A stretch of 50,474 nt of DNA from an uncultured Candidatus Bathyarchaeia archaeon. GTDB lineage: Archaea > Thermoproteota > Bathyarchaeia > Bathyarchaeales > Bathycorpusculaceae. The DNA lies in the NCBI GenBank assembly GCA_964640475.1, contig CAZXGX010000001.1, positions 1-50,474 of the forward strand. Direction: 5' to 3'. Shown one piece after another: positions 38,222 through 48,321 of this stretch. Position numbers and translations under genes: made by a program. The notes under the pieces are model-generated. The model saw only the letters and a program-made list of their open reading frames with translations, searched no databases and was not told the DNA's origin. Within the stretch, counting starts at the first letter, position 1; each line of letters begins with the position of its first letter.

Positions 38222-38830
38222 TTATTCTGAATTATAATAGCCCTTATCAACCTTAACAAAGATCAATGGACCCTTACTTTGAGACATCTCACGAGCCTTC
38301 CGCAACGCATTGTTAACAATACAGAAGACACGTTCCTTGTCATTCAAGTTCTGAGCTGTTTTTTCTCCAAGCTCCATCTTTAACAGGTTTTCCGCAAGAA
38401 TCTCTGTACCGCAGATTTCACCATTTTTCAGTAATGTTGAAACGACAACTTCTGTTAGTTCTTGTTTGCGTTCGATTTTCTTCCAATATGGTTCAGCGCT
38501 GCTTAAGGTTTTAGCAACTTTGTTCCATTTGTTTGCGTTTTGTTCGCCAATTAGCAGTTTTACTCTTTCCTTCCACTTCTTAAGCCACATGCCAGTCCAA
38601 ACTGTTAAGAATGCGTCAAGTTCAGCAGCGTTCTCATGGAAAAGCTTCTCTAAACGTTCTACTACTTCGCATTGGTTAGCTTCTTTGCCGATTAAGTTCC
38701 AGTGGAATTTAAGGTAGTTTGTAAAGTCTTGACAGGCAACCTGTAATACTTTGCGGTCAGAACCCATTACGTCCAAGGCTGGGTCTGAATCCTTCAATTT
38801 CTCCCCTAGCATAACTTCTATGAAATTCAT
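38222..38830 (-). CDS. conserved-looking hypothetical protein
   Basis: 202 aa ORF with ordinary globular composition; no family recognised. Confidence 0.65.
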   Translation of the reverse strand: MNFIEVMLGEKLKDSDPALDVMGSDRKVLQVACQDFTNYLKFHWNLIGKEANQCEVVERLEKLFHENAAELDAFLTVWTGMWLKKWKERVKLLIGEQNANKWNKVAKTLSSAEPYWKKIERKQELTEVVVSTLLKNGEICGTEILAENLLKMELGEKTAQNLNDKERVFCIVNNALRKAREMSQSKGPLIFVKVDKGYYNSE

Positions 38831-38964
38831 ACTGATCCCGCTCTAAGCCCTCTCCAATACTGTCTAAGATGGAGGTTTTAATTAAACTTTATTTAAAGTT
38901 CGCCATATAACTGGGTTAGGCGGGTTTTTGCTATATTACGAAAATGGAAATATGGTCAGGTCCA

Positions 38965-39627
38965 TCAACAAACAAAATCTGGTAACATAGTTATGTCTGG
39001 CAGAATTAAATCTGGGTTTTCTTTAGATAATTCCTCATTATAATAGAGCCCTGATAGTACAGCAACCGTTTTTGCACCTGCAGCCTTGCCAGCACGTATG
39101 TCATTAACTGAATCACCAGCGATTAGGCAGTCACAAATGTCAACATCTAAGGCTTGGACACATTTGATTAATGCTTCAGGGGAAGGCTTAGGTTTACAAG
39201 AATCCAACGCTGTCATAACATGACTAAAGTAGTTTCCTATACCAAGATTCTTGAGTTCATTAACAATTGCTTGATTTGGTACGAAACGCATGGTTATTAA
39301 GGCAAGTTTCGCGTTTTCTGAAAGCGCTTTAAGAGTTGCAGAAACATTTGGCAAAAGCCTTGTTTTTTGTTGAGTTAGCAAATAAAAACTCTTTAAATAA
39401 ACTCTTTTAAACTGGTTTATGTCACCAGTGAATAAATCATCAATGCCTAAACCTTGTTCCATCCGTTTAGGAATCTCTAAGGCCACTTTCATTTCTGGAG
39501 GCTCTAACCCAAGTGCGGTGAAGGCAGTTTGGGCTGCTTCAAAATAGGCTTGATTTGAATTTACCAAGGTACCGTCTAAATCTAAGAAGATGCCTTTAGC
39601 TTTGAATCTTTTTTCACACATGCACAA
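38965..39627 (-). CDS. HAD-superfamily hydrolase (phosphoglycolate phosphatase-like)
   Basis: DLDGTL, KPSPE, GDSVNDIRAGKAAG. Confidence 0.92.
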   Translation of the reverse strand: MCMCEKRFKAKGIFLDLDGTLVNSNQAYFEAAQTAFTALGLEPPEMKVALEIPKRMEQGLGIDDLFTGDINQFKRVYLKSFYLLTQQKTRLLPNVSATLKALSENAKLALITMRFVPNQAIVNELKNLGIGNYFSHVMTALDSCKPKPSPEALIKCVQALDVDICDCLIAGDSVNDIRAGKAAGAKTVAVLSGLYYNEELSKENPDLILPDITMLPDFVC

Positions 39628-39802
39628 TAACTCTTTGCTGTTTGATGTTTTGTGGCTTATTTAAAAAACGTTTCTGGATTGAAATAGCATTTTCAAGCCA
39701 CTATAATAGGGGATATATATTTTCTATATAGATTATAAAGACTAAATATTTAGGTAGGAGGAAGCATATAATATTATGTTTAAGAGATGAGGTGAAAAAA
39801 GA

Positions 39803-39964
39803 ATGCTGTCAAGAGATTGTGATGGCTGCTCTCAATTTAAAGAATGTGCTAAGCGCTTTAAAAATGCTAAAAAAGGCGAGAAAGTCTACTGTCCAGACGG
39901 AACAGCTCATTTAGTAGATGGCGCTAGCATATTTGTAGACTGTCTTTACACCATAAAAGTCTAG
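39803..39964 (+). CDS. 53-aa Cys-rich microprotein (not in ORF track)
   Basis: MLSRDCDGCSQFKECAKRFKNAKKGEKVYCPDGTAHLVDGASIFVDCLYTIKV*; strong SD GAGGTGA upstream. Confidence 0.65.
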   Translation: MLSRDCDGCSQFKECAKRFKNAKKGEKVYCPDGTAHLVDGASIFVDCLYTIKV

Positions 39965-40028
39965 TTAAAACTTTATTTTACGGGTGCCAAAGTTGAAAAT
40001 CTAAGCCCCGTTTTCTTTTTAGAAGTTT

Positions 40029-41117
40029 TTAGCTCAATACAGACTCTATGTTTAAGTTTAAAACAACTTCCGAAATATCACTTGCGTACTCAGCCGTTCG
40101 TCGGATACTTTCAATCAACAATCTTAAACTAACAGCTTCCTCAGTATTAGCACCATGCGTTGAAAGTACAGCGTCTTTCTCCAATTTTTGAACATTACCT
40201 AATTTTTCAATCACAATTTCAGCAAGGTTAAAATCACGTCTAAAAAGTGCTTCCATCGAGTTCTCAAACATACTATTAGCCAAATCGCTAAGAGCACTTA
40301 TTTTCTCTAAAAGCGCTTCATCAACTGGGTCATGCAATTTTAAAACATTTTCAGCTATTTTGGTTGAGTGATCAGCTGTACGTTCAACTGATTTGGCTAT
40401 AAGTCTGTAACCTAAGCATTCTCGTTGATTGTTTAAACCAATTTCTTTAACGATCCTAGGATTTACAACAGCTAATTTTAAAAGCCTAACAATGTATAAA
40501 CCGAACCGATTTACTTCACGATCTGTTTCAATAACTGCCTTAGCGCTCACGTAATCAAGCTTCTTTAATGAAGCAATAGCATCTTTATGCATCGATGAAG
40601 CAATTATTGACATACGACTTAGTGCATTCTGAATGGTAAGTTCAGGATAATTAAGCAAAACCTGCAAAGTCAATTCACTCGAAGTATCAATGACTATTTC
40701 TGTTCCAACCAAATAATTTCTAACAAAACTTTTCAGGTGATTTCTTAACTTTCCCGAGAGAACCTTTTGGCCTTGTGCTTTTATATGTAAAATGTTGTAG
40801 CCATTCAAGTAAGCCGAGATTGCTGTTCTCATTATAGCGTCAGGATTGTCAGTTTGGGTTGTTCTAATGAAAGCTTCATCATGCTTTTCCTTTTTTTCAA
40901 AGTTAGTTGGCGATATAGAAAGCGTGCCATCATCTTCTTCACGAAGCCTCATGGAGCTGCCGCGTTTCAACGCGTTTCTGATAGCCCAGTCTTTGGGCAA
41001 GGATAGTATAAAAGTGGATCCGCCTGTTACTTGGAGTTTACGCTGTTCTTCGTTCACCTTTTCTACTGTTTTAGATGTCAAATTGGACTCCAAGTTACTC
41101 TTTTTAAGGGTTCTCAT
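40029..41117 (-). CDS. archaeal phosphate uptake regulator (AbrB-like N-terminus + PhoU repeats)
   Basis: RKLQVTGGSTFILSLPKDW; DREVNRF..VERTADH; IRRTAEYASDISE; divergent from pstS. Confidence 0.92.
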   Translation of the reverse strand: MRTLKKSNLESNLTSKTVEKVNEEQRKLQVTGGSTFILSLPKDWAIRNALKRGSSMRLREEDDGTLSISPTNFEKKEKHDEAFIRTTQTDNPDAIMRTAISAYLNGYNILHIKAQGQKVLSGKLRNHLKSFVRNYLVGTEIVIDTSSELTLQVLLNYPELTIQNALSRMSIIASSMHKDAIASLKKLDYVSAKAVIETDREVNRFGLYIVRLLKLAVVNPRIVKEIGLNNQRECLGYRLIAKSVERTADHSTKIAENVLKLHDPVDEALLEKISALSDLANSMFENSMEALFRRDFNLAEIVIEKLGNVQKLEKDAVLSTHGANTEEAVSLRLLIESIRRTAEYASDISEVVLNLNIESVLS

Positions 41118-41214
41118 TATATTAGGTATATCTATATAGTCTATAAAGTTTATGGAGATTCAATATATAACCTAAAAGGCGTCTTTTAGTAATACAAAAA
41201 CGAGGAAAGAAAAT

Positions 41215-42312
41215 ATGAACACTAAATATCTAATCGCAATAGTTGCAATCGTGATAATATTAGGCTCAGTGGCAGCATACGTATTTCTATCACAACCCGC
41301 CGTGGTATACTTAAACGGTGCAGGTGCAACTTTTCCACAACCATTTATTAGTGCAACAGTAACCGCTTACGCCTCAATAAAATCAAACGTCCAAATTAAT
41401 TATCAAGGCGTTGGTAGCGGATCAGGAATAAACTCACTTATATCAAAAACAGTTGATTTTGCAGCCTCAGACGCACCTTTAAACAGCAATCAAACAGCTT
41501 CTTTACCAAGTACAGCTCTGCATATTCCAGAGACTATAGGTGCAGTAACGATCGCTTATAATCTTCCAAGCATAAGCACCGGCTTAAAATTAACTGGCGA
41601 TGTGATTGCAAAAATTTATCTTGGAACAATAACTAACTGGAACGACCCAGCAATTGCAGCACTCAATCCAGGAGTTACATTACCAGATCACACAATCACC
41701 ACAATACACAGATCAGACAGTTCTGGAACAACCAATGTGTTCACTAAATATTTGGCTAACGTAAGTTCTACTTGGAAGGCTGAAGTTGGATCTGGAACAT
41801 CAGTCCAATGGCCAGGAAGCAACGCAGTAGGCGCCAGTGGAAACGCAAATGTTGCCTCCAACGTTATACAAACACAATATGCTGTAGGATATGTTGAACT
41901 TGCATATGCATTACAAAACAGCATGACAGTTGCTTCAATTCAAAATCCAGCAGGAAACTTCATCACTCCAACACTAGCTACAACAACAGCCGCTGTTGAA
42001 TCAGGTGCTTCAAGTCTACCAACTGGTGAACAATCGTGGACATCAGTTAGCTTACTTAATACCGCTGGAACTGAGGCTTACCCAATAGTTACTTTTACAT
42101 ACATACTAGAGTACAAAGAGCTAAACACTATCCCAGGAATGACACAAGAAAAAGCAACAGCAATCGTACAATATTTATGGTACATTGTTCATGACGGCCA
42201 AGTTTTAGCAGAAGACCTCGAGTATGCAGCTCTTCCATCAAACGTAGTTGCAATCAACGAAGCATCTATTCGATCAATAACATTCAATGGACACACATTG
42301 CCGGTTTCTTAA
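41215..42312 (+). CDS. pstS: phosphate ABC transporter substrate-binding protein
   Basis: GAGATFP, YQGVGSGSG, DFAASD, HRSDSSGTT, GYVE. Confidence 0.96.
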   Translation: MNTKYLIAIVAIVIILGSVAAYVFLSQPAVVYLNGAGATFPQPFISATVTAYASIKSNVQINYQGVGSGSGINSLISKTVDFAASDAPLNSNQTASLPSTALHIPETIGAVTIAYNLPSISTGLKLTGDVIAKIYLGTITNWNDPAIAALNPGVTLPDHTITTIHRSDSSGTTNVFTKYLANVSSTWKAEVGSGTSVQWPGSNAVGASGNANVASNVIQTQYAVGYVELAYALQNSMTVASIQNPAGNFITPTLATTTAAVESGASSLPTGEQSWTSVSLLNTAGTEAYPIVTFTYILEYKELNTIPGMTQEKATAIVQYLWYIVHDGQVLAEDLEYAALPSNVVAINEASIRSITFNGHTLPVS

Positions 42313-42388
42313 ACTGACTAATGTTTAGCCCAAATCTTCCCACCTCCTTTTGTTGAAATTAACGAACCTCTGGTGATTAAGATCAACT

Positions 42389-43330
42389 ATGTCTAGGAAA
42401 ATAACAGGTGACAAAGTATTCAAAATCGCTGTAATGATAATTGCAGCTTCCGCACTCGCTATATTGCTAGCAAGTGTTGTTGTTTTAGGGTCTGGATCAT
42501 CACTTGTTTTTAATCAATTCGGCTTAAACTTTTTGATTGATAATACTTGGAACGCAGTTGAAGGTAGAGAATCCTTTGGCGTGTTACCATACATTCTTGG
42601 AACTTTAGTGACATCAGGTATAGCTCTACTCATCGGTGTCCCCTTAAGCATAGGAATCGCAATCTTTCTAGCGGAAATGTCCCCAAAAAAGGTTCGAGTC
42701 CCATTGTCGTACCTTGTCGAGTTATTAGCTGCAGTTCCCAGCGTAATTTATGGTCTTTGGGGATTGTTTGTACTTCGCTTTTGGGTACAAAATTATGTAG
42801 AAACCCCATTAAACACGTACTTGGGCTGGATTCCCCTTTTTAGTGCAACACCTTTCGGTCTTGACCTTTTCACAGCCAGCATTATTTTGGCTATAATGAT
42901 TATTCCCACGATTGCTTCAGTCTCCAGAGAAGTGATTAGTGCTGTTCCAAATTCAATACGGGAAGGCGCGTATAGCATAGGTGCAACTAAATGGGAAGTA
43001 ATCCGCAATTGGGTGCTCAGCTATGGACGCTCAGGAATATTTGGAGCAGTTATTCTTGGATTAGGCAGAGCCGTCGGCGAAACAATGGCTGTTACAATGG
43101 TTATAGGTAATGCAATTGGTCCAAACGCGATGTTTACTTCACTTTTTGAACCTGGACAAACTTTACCAGCATTAATAGCTAACGGATACATAGATTCTCA
43201 AACACCAATAGAAACATCAGCATACGTTGGTGCAGCTCTTGTTCTAATCATAATCAGCATCATCATCAACGTCATTGCTCACGTTATGATGACACGCTTG
43301 CTAAAAGTAAAAGGAGGCGCAGTTGAGTAA
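42389..43330 (+). CDS. pstC: phosphate ABC transporter permease
   Basis: ELLAAVPSVIYGLWG, LGLGRAVGETMAVTMVIGN. Confidence 0.95.
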   Translation: MSRKITGDKVFKIAVMIIAASALAILLASVVVLGSGSSLVFNQFGLNFLIDNTWNAVEGRESFGVLPYILGTLVTSGIALLIGVPLSIGIAIFLAEMSPKKVRVPLSYLVELLAAVPSVIYGLWGLFVLRFWVQNYVETPLNTYLGWIPLFSATPFGLDLFTASIILAIMIIPTIASVSREVISAVPNSIREGAYSIGATKWEVIRNWVLSYGRSGIFGAVILGLGRAVGETMAVTMVIGNAIGPNAMFTSLFEPGQTLPALIANGYIDSQTPIETSAYVGAALVLIIISIIINVIAHVMMTRLLKVKGGAVE

Positions 43331-44172
43331 TGCTGAGCAAATTTAACAGTTATACTTTCCGAAGACTAAAAAACCGTCTGTTCTTCATTCTCTGTCTATT
43401 ATGTGTTATAATAGCTGTAATACCCTTGCTGAGCATACTAATCGAGACTATCATAAGAGGAGCACCTCAGTTAAATCTCCATTTCTTAACTGCAAGTGTA
43501 TTCCAAGGCGGCATTGGCTCCTCAATTCAAGGAACATTGATAATTATTGGTTTAACAAGCCTCTTTGGAATCCCGATAGGTGTACTTTCAGGAGTATACT
43601 TGTCTGAGTTTGGCAATAATAAGTACAGTTCAACGTTAAGAGTAATTAATAATGTGCTTACTCAGTTTCCTTCTATTGTGATTGGAATTACCGCTTCTGC
43701 ATTAATAATCACTTATGTTACACATTATTGGTCAGCAATCGCAGGAGCAATTGCGCTTTCTTTCATGTTAATCCCCATTGTTGCAAGAACAACCGAAGAG
43801 TCCCTAAAACTTGTACCCAACTCTGTTCGTGAAGCCTCTTTAGCTTTAGGTGTTCACAGATGGCGAACTACTCTTAGCGTAGTCCTACCCGCAGCTGGTA
43901 GCGGAATAATCACAGGTACACTTCTTGCAGTTGCCCGTATTGCAGGAGAGACAGCACCATTACTATTTACAATTTTAGGCAACTCATTCTTTTTCCAAGG
44001 ATTTATTGCACCAATGGATGCACTTCCGCTCAGGATCTTCTTAAACTCACGGCAACCTTCTGCAGAGCTTCAGGCTCAAGCATGGGGAGCGGCTTTAGTG
44101 CTGATATTGATAGTTTTAGCACTCAACATAGGAGTCAGACTGATCAGTAACAGAGGTAAAATTAAAAGGTGA
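43330..44172 (+). CDS. pstA: phosphate ABC transporter permease
   Basis: [25 protein letters not shown]. Confidence 0.95.
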   Translation: MLSKFNSYTFRRLKNRLFFILCLLCVIIAVIPLLSILIETIIRGAPQLNLHFLTASVFQGGIGSSIQGTLIIIGLTSLFGIPIGVLSGVYLSEFGNNKYSSTLRVINNVLTQFPSIVIGITASALIITYVTHYWSAIAGAIALSFMLIPIVARTTEESLKLVPNSVREASLALGVHRWRTTLSVVLPAAGSGIITGTLLAVARIAGETAPLLFTILGNSFFFQGFIAPMDALPLRIFLNSRQPSAELQAQAWGAALVLILIVLALNIGVRLISNRGKIKR

Positions 44173-44942
44173 CAGCAATGAGCAGTAATGAAAAAATGCA
44201 AAGTATTGGATTAAATGCTTGGTTTGGAACAAAGCAGGTCTTAAAAGACATAAGTCTACCAATTAGAACAAACGCAGTAACAGCCATTATTGGACCATCA
44301 GGCTGTGGAAAATCCACATTTATCCGTACACTTAATCGGATGCATGAATTGGTACCTAATGCTAAACTGGCTGGGAAGATACTGCTTGATGGCGAAGACA
44401 TCTACGATGCAAAAGTAGACCCAGTTATGATAAGACGAAGAGTTGGAATGGTTTTTCAGAAACCAAATCCTTTTCCAACAATGTCAATCTATGATAATGT
44501 TGCTGCTGGTCTAAAGTTAACTGGAACTAAAAAAGGAAAAAACCTTGATGAAATCGTTAAGCGCAGTCTCGAGCAGGCTACTCTTTGGGATGAAGTCAAA
44601 GACGACCTAAAAAAACCAGGCACCAGCATCTCTGGAGGACAGCAACAGCGATTGTGCATCGCAAGAGCTATTGCCTTACAACCAGAAGTCATTTTAATGG
44701 ATGAACCATGCTCAGCACTTGACCCAATAGCCACAGCCAAAATAGAACGGTTAATCGTAGAACTTAAACGAAATTACACAGTGGCTATTGTAACACATAA
44801 CATGCAACAAGCCTCAAGGGTGGCTGATTACACAGCTTTCCTTTATCTGGGCAGCCTAATCGAGTTTGCCCCAACAAAAGAAATCTTTGAGTCCCCCAAA
44901 AATCCGTTAACAGAGAAATATATAACAGGAGAATTTGGATAA
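44169..44942 (+). CDS. pstB: phosphate ABC transporter ATPase
   Basis: [47 protein letters not shown]. Confidence 0.97.
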   Translation: MTAMSSNEKMQSIGLNAWFGTKQVLKDISLPIRTNAVTAIIGPSGCGKSTFIRTLNRMHELVPNAKLAGKILLDGEDIYDAKVDPVMIRRRVGMVFQKPNPFPTMSIYDNVAAGLKLTGTKKGKNLDEIVKRSLEQATLWDEVKDDLKKPGTSISGGQQQRLCIARAIALQPEVILMDEPCSALDPIATAKIERLIVELKRNYTVAIVTHNMQQASRVADYTAFLYLGSLIEFAPTKEIFESPKNPLTEKYITGEFG

Positions 44943-44956
44943 GGAAGAATGGTTTT

Positions 44957-45601
44957 ATGAGCAGAATAATCGACAATGGATTAGAAGAACAATCAACCCT
45001 ACTAGTAAAAATGGGAGAATACACCTACGAAACTCTATCAATATCGCTAAAAGGATACTTAGATTGCAAAAGCGTACAAGCAGAAGTAAGAGAAATGTCA
45101 GACATTCTTATGGCTATGGCCAATAAAATTGAAGATCAGACATTTCAATTGATTGCAAGATTTCAACCGGTGGCCTCTGACTTGAGAGCTATTAAATCAT
45201 ATATGAAAATAGGCAGCGACTTCGCAAGATACGGAAGATATGCCCTTGATATATCAGCAATAAATGATCAGCTTAATGGTTTAAAAGAGCGCGATCCATG
45301 GGCAAAAGACTACATTAGTCAAATGAGCGATAAAGTACTTTCAATGGTTAAGATTAGCATTAACGCACTAAAAAGTCATGATATAGAATTAGCTAAAACA
45401 ATCACTAAAACTGAACGTGAAGTCGATCAAATGTATTTGTCATTCTTAGATAAATTGGCAAGAATTGAAAACACCAATGGCAAATGTTTACTATCTAGTG
45501 CACTTGTAACGAGGTATTTAGAGCGAATAGCTGATCACGCCGTTTATGTTTGTGAATCAATTGTGTATGTTGCAACAGGACTAAAAATATCGCTAGGCTA
45601 A
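44957..45601 (+). CDS. phoU: phosphate signalling protein PhoU
   Basis: ARFQPVASDLR, EREVD, RYLERIADHAVYVCE..TG. Confidence 0.93.
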   Translation: MSRIIDNGLEEQSTLLVKMGEYTYETLSISLKGYLDCKSVQAEVREMSDILMAMANKIEDQTFQLIARFQPVASDLRAIKSYMKIGSDFARYGRYALDISAINDQLNGLKERDPWAKDYISQMSDKVLSMVKISINALKSHDIELAKTITKTEREVDQMYLSFLDKLARIENTNGKCLLSSALVTRYLERIADHAVYVCESIVYVATGLKISLG

Positions 45602-45626
45602 CTTTTTTCTTTATTTATTTAAAATT

Positions 45627-45761
45627 TTAATAATTGGTTGTCGATAATGATTTGATGCTTTTTCTTAAGCAATTAAATTGGATTGGATCAATATCTATTG
45701 CCAGCATCCAATCAAACAGCCTTGAATTGTAAACACTTTTACCTGTTATCTGATTACTCAT
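45627..45761 (-). CDS. possible 44-aa microprotein
   Basis: AAAGGAG upstream of ATG; MSNQITGKSVYNSRLFDWMLAIDIDPIQFNCLRKSIKSLSTTNY*. Confidence 0.35.
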   Translation of the reverse strand: MSNQITGKSVYNSRLFDWMLAIDIDPIQFNCLRKSIKSLSTTNY

Positions 45762-45963
45762 CTTGTGTTTCTCCTTTGTTAGATTCTTAGAAAATAAATG
45801 GGCTTTTCTTTTTCAGGCTCACATTTTTGAAAATTCTTCTTTCGGCTTTTCATATACTCTCTCCAAATGAACTGAAGGCAATTGAGTTAATGTAGGATTT
45901 GTTGATAGAATATATTCAAAAAAAGTAAATTATATTTTCTAAATAGAGGTAATTTAAAAAAAA

Positions 45964-46629
45964 TTATTCTCGGTTAGATAAGACATTAATGTAGTCTGCT
46001 GTATCAGCGCACATATCAGCTGCTTCCTCTAAGAATTCTACCAAATCGTCCAGAATCACCATTGCTCCACAATTAATCCTATCACCCAGTGGAACGAATA
46101 GGCTCTTTGTTTTTAGATATTCAGCGTCAATTGCATTTTCTATTTCGCTGACTTTTTTTGCTTCGCTAATAGCTTCTTTTGAGTTTGACGAAATTTTTTC
46201 AACACTATTCCTTAGAATATTTACCATGTTAGCTAGCATGCCAGAAATCAGGACTATTTTTTCGCATAACTCCTTAGGAATTTCTGCTTCCGATAGCATT
46301 TCAAGACATCTAGCTGCGTCTTTAGTATGGTCTGCTAAAGTGTCAGCACGTTTAACCAAATGAAGGAGGTCTTCACGGTAATCTGCTAATAATGCTGCGC
46401 CTGACGATAACTCCATAAAAACTTTAGTTCTAAGCAGGTCAACGTTTTCTTCTGTTTTATAGAGATTTTCTATGTACTTTTTTGCTTCGGTTCTATTTCC
46501 CTCTGAGAAGCATTGAGTCGCTTTATGCAACCAAGTTACAGTGTCAAAAGCACTGGTTATTTGCTCATGTGCAAGTTCTAATCCTCTGGTTCGATGACGC
46601 TTAACAAACCAATCGTAGCTTCTATCCAT
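45964..46629 (-). CDS. DUF47 / PhoU-like phosphate transport regulator
   Basis: EENVDLLR..REDLLHLVKRADTLAD; ENAID..LEEAADMCADTAD. Confidence 0.88.
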   Translation of the reverse strand: MDRSYDWFVKRHRTRGLELAHEQITSAFDTVTWLHKATQCFSEGNRTEAKKYIENLYKTEENVDLLRTKVFMELSSGAALLADYREDLLHLVKRADTLADHTKDAARCLEMLSEAEIPKELCEKIVLISGMLANMVNILRNSVEKISSNSKEAISEAKKVSEIENAIDAEYLKTKSLFVPLGDRINCGAMVILDDLVEFLEEAADMCADTADYINVLSNRE

Positions 46630-46862
46630 AAACTTCAGCCACTCTCAGGATACAACTTAACCTAATTATAATGTTGCCTAAATATTATATATATTTAATT
46701 TAGACCAAAATTTTTTAAACATCAATCATCAAACCACATTTTTTGTCTGCAATTTAAAAATTAAAAAAGTTTCAGAAGAAAGCTTCAAGTCAGCTCATAT
46801 TTTTTCCACTGTTTTTGTGACTGTAAATAAGTAACATTCAAAAGCAACAATCCATTTTTACA

Positions 46863-47498
46863 TTGAAATCAATGATACCGCTGTTTAATGTAGATTGGCA
46901 AGTTCTGCCTGCAGGTTTCTCTTTTAGCGAACGCGACACAGACGTGCTTTCGCTTATCGAAAAAGAAGACTTGACCATATTCACATTCGACGGGTTAAAA
47001 CGCAGATGCGGAATGCATCCTGAAACGCTCTCTAGAATTCTCAGCCGATTAGAAGATGAGGGGATCATAAAGAAAAGCCCAGAAGGCTACCGGGTTACCC
47101 CAAAAATAACCAAATTAAAGCTGAATCCTGACCAGCAGGTAGAGCAGACCTCAACGCTTCTTCAAACTTACTTGCCATCAGACCTAATGACTGAACAAGT
47201 TATTACTGATTTGAAAGGCAGATGGTTTGGGCTCCTTCGTTGGCTTGGCATGTCAGAAAACAGCCATGGCGTCAAATTGAAATGGGTTACTGATGATGGC
47301 GGAATACAAATAGCAGCCGACATACAAGGAACCGCACTGAACATTGAAGCTAAATTCTTAACCAACAATAACCTTAACCTCGCCCTAAAAGCGGCATACC
47401 AACTAATGGCTAACATTGGTAAATTATACCAATCTTCAAAAACCGCAGCCAAACATGTTGCTTACTACGGTAACACAGATTTCATGCCGCCTGCATAA
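46863..47498 (+). CDS. winged-HTH domain protein
   Basis: FTFDGLKRRCGMHPETLSRILSRLEDEGII..GYRVT. Confidence 0.8.
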   Translation: MKSMIPLFNVDWQVLPAGFSFSERDTDVLSLIEKEDLTIFTFDGLKRRCGMHPETLSRILSRLEDEGIIKKSPEGYRVTPKITKLKLNPDQQVEQTSTLLQTYLPSDLMTEQVITDLKGRWFGLLRWLGMSENSHGVKLKWVTDDGGIQIAADIQGTALNIEAKFLTNNNLNLALKAAYQLMANIGKLYQSSKTAAKHVAYYGNTDFMPPA

Positions 47499-47547
47499 GT
47501 AAGAAACTTTTTTTCTCTGATTATTCTTATCATCAGACAGAGGCAGC

Positions 47548-47784
47548 ATGACTGAAAAAGTAAAAGTCGGCATACGAGGTCAAGTAGTAATACCCAGCAG
47601 GTTACGCAAGAAATTCAAAATGGAAACCGGCGTAATACTGGAAATTGATGAAACAAAAGAGGGCTTGCTATTGAAACCGCTCAATCCCGTAGCTGACATG
47701 AAGGGTCTTGGAAGAGGCGTCTTCGGTGATCCAGTAAAGTACCAGAAAAAGACCCGCCAAGAATGGGAAGGAAGGCAACAATGA
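47548..47784 (+). CDS. AbrB/MazE/SpoVT-family antitoxin
   Basis: VKVGIRGQVVIPSRLRKKF..G..LLLKP; C-terminal RQEW; 4-nt overlap with the PIN gene. Confidence 0.9.
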   Translation: MTEKVKVGIRGQVVIPSRLRKKFKMETGVILEIDETKEGLLLKPLNPVADMKGLGRGVFGDPVKYQKKTRQEWEGRQQ

Positions 47785-48196
47785 AGTTAGCCTTAGATAC
47801 CAACAGCATCATTTATTTTCTTGAAGGAATGGAGCCCCAAGCAAGCAAAACTGAAAAAATTCTAAACCGTTTTATGAAAGCTCAGGATGAAGGAATAATC
47901 TCAACCATAACAGTCGCCGAAGTTCTAACAGGATTCTATAAGGCAGGCAACCAAGATAATGCTGATAAAGTGAAAAAACTGCTAAACGACTTAACCCTTA
48001 ACAGCTTCAAAATTACCCAGTCACATTCGAAATTGCTGACTTAGCTGCTAAGCTGCTATTCCAAAGAGACGGCAGACTGCCCGATGCGTTAATCGTAGCC
48101 ACAGCGCTTAACCAATCAGCGGATGCCGTTTATTCGGAAGATAAAGATTTTCAGCGTTTCAGCGAGGACATAACAATTAACCAATTACCATTATGA
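47781..48196 (+). pseudogene. vapC: VapC/PIN toxin, frameshifted near 48015
   Basis: MKLALDTNSIIY..ISTITVAEV in one frame; after a 1-nt loss, PVTFEIADLAAKL..LPDALIVATAL..YSEDKDF..* completes the PIN domain. Confidence 0.85.
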
Positions 48197-48242
48197 TATG
48201 CATGCGGTAAACTGAGAACCACTTCTTTGAATACCTACCAGC

Positions 48243-48317
48243 AAACTCTATCAAATCTCAAGAATCGCAGCTAAGCATGTTGCTTACTATGGCAACTCAG
48301 AATTTATGCCGCCAGCA
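48243..48317 (+). repeat. diverged direct copy of the last 25 codons of 46863-47498 (47421-47495)
   Basis: KLYQISRIAAKHVAYYGNSEFMPPA vs KLYQSSKTAAKHVAYYGNTDFMPPA; more synonymous than non-synonymous codon differences. Confidence 0.88.
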
Positions 48318-48321
48318 AAGT

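Noticed and set aside
236-47452. Many short antisense or alternate-frame ORFs in the track (e.g. 236-505, 11092-11454, 13623-14075, 15545-15934, 30591-30938, 44935-45126)
   Set aside because: They are shadows of well-supported genes and have no independent motifs.
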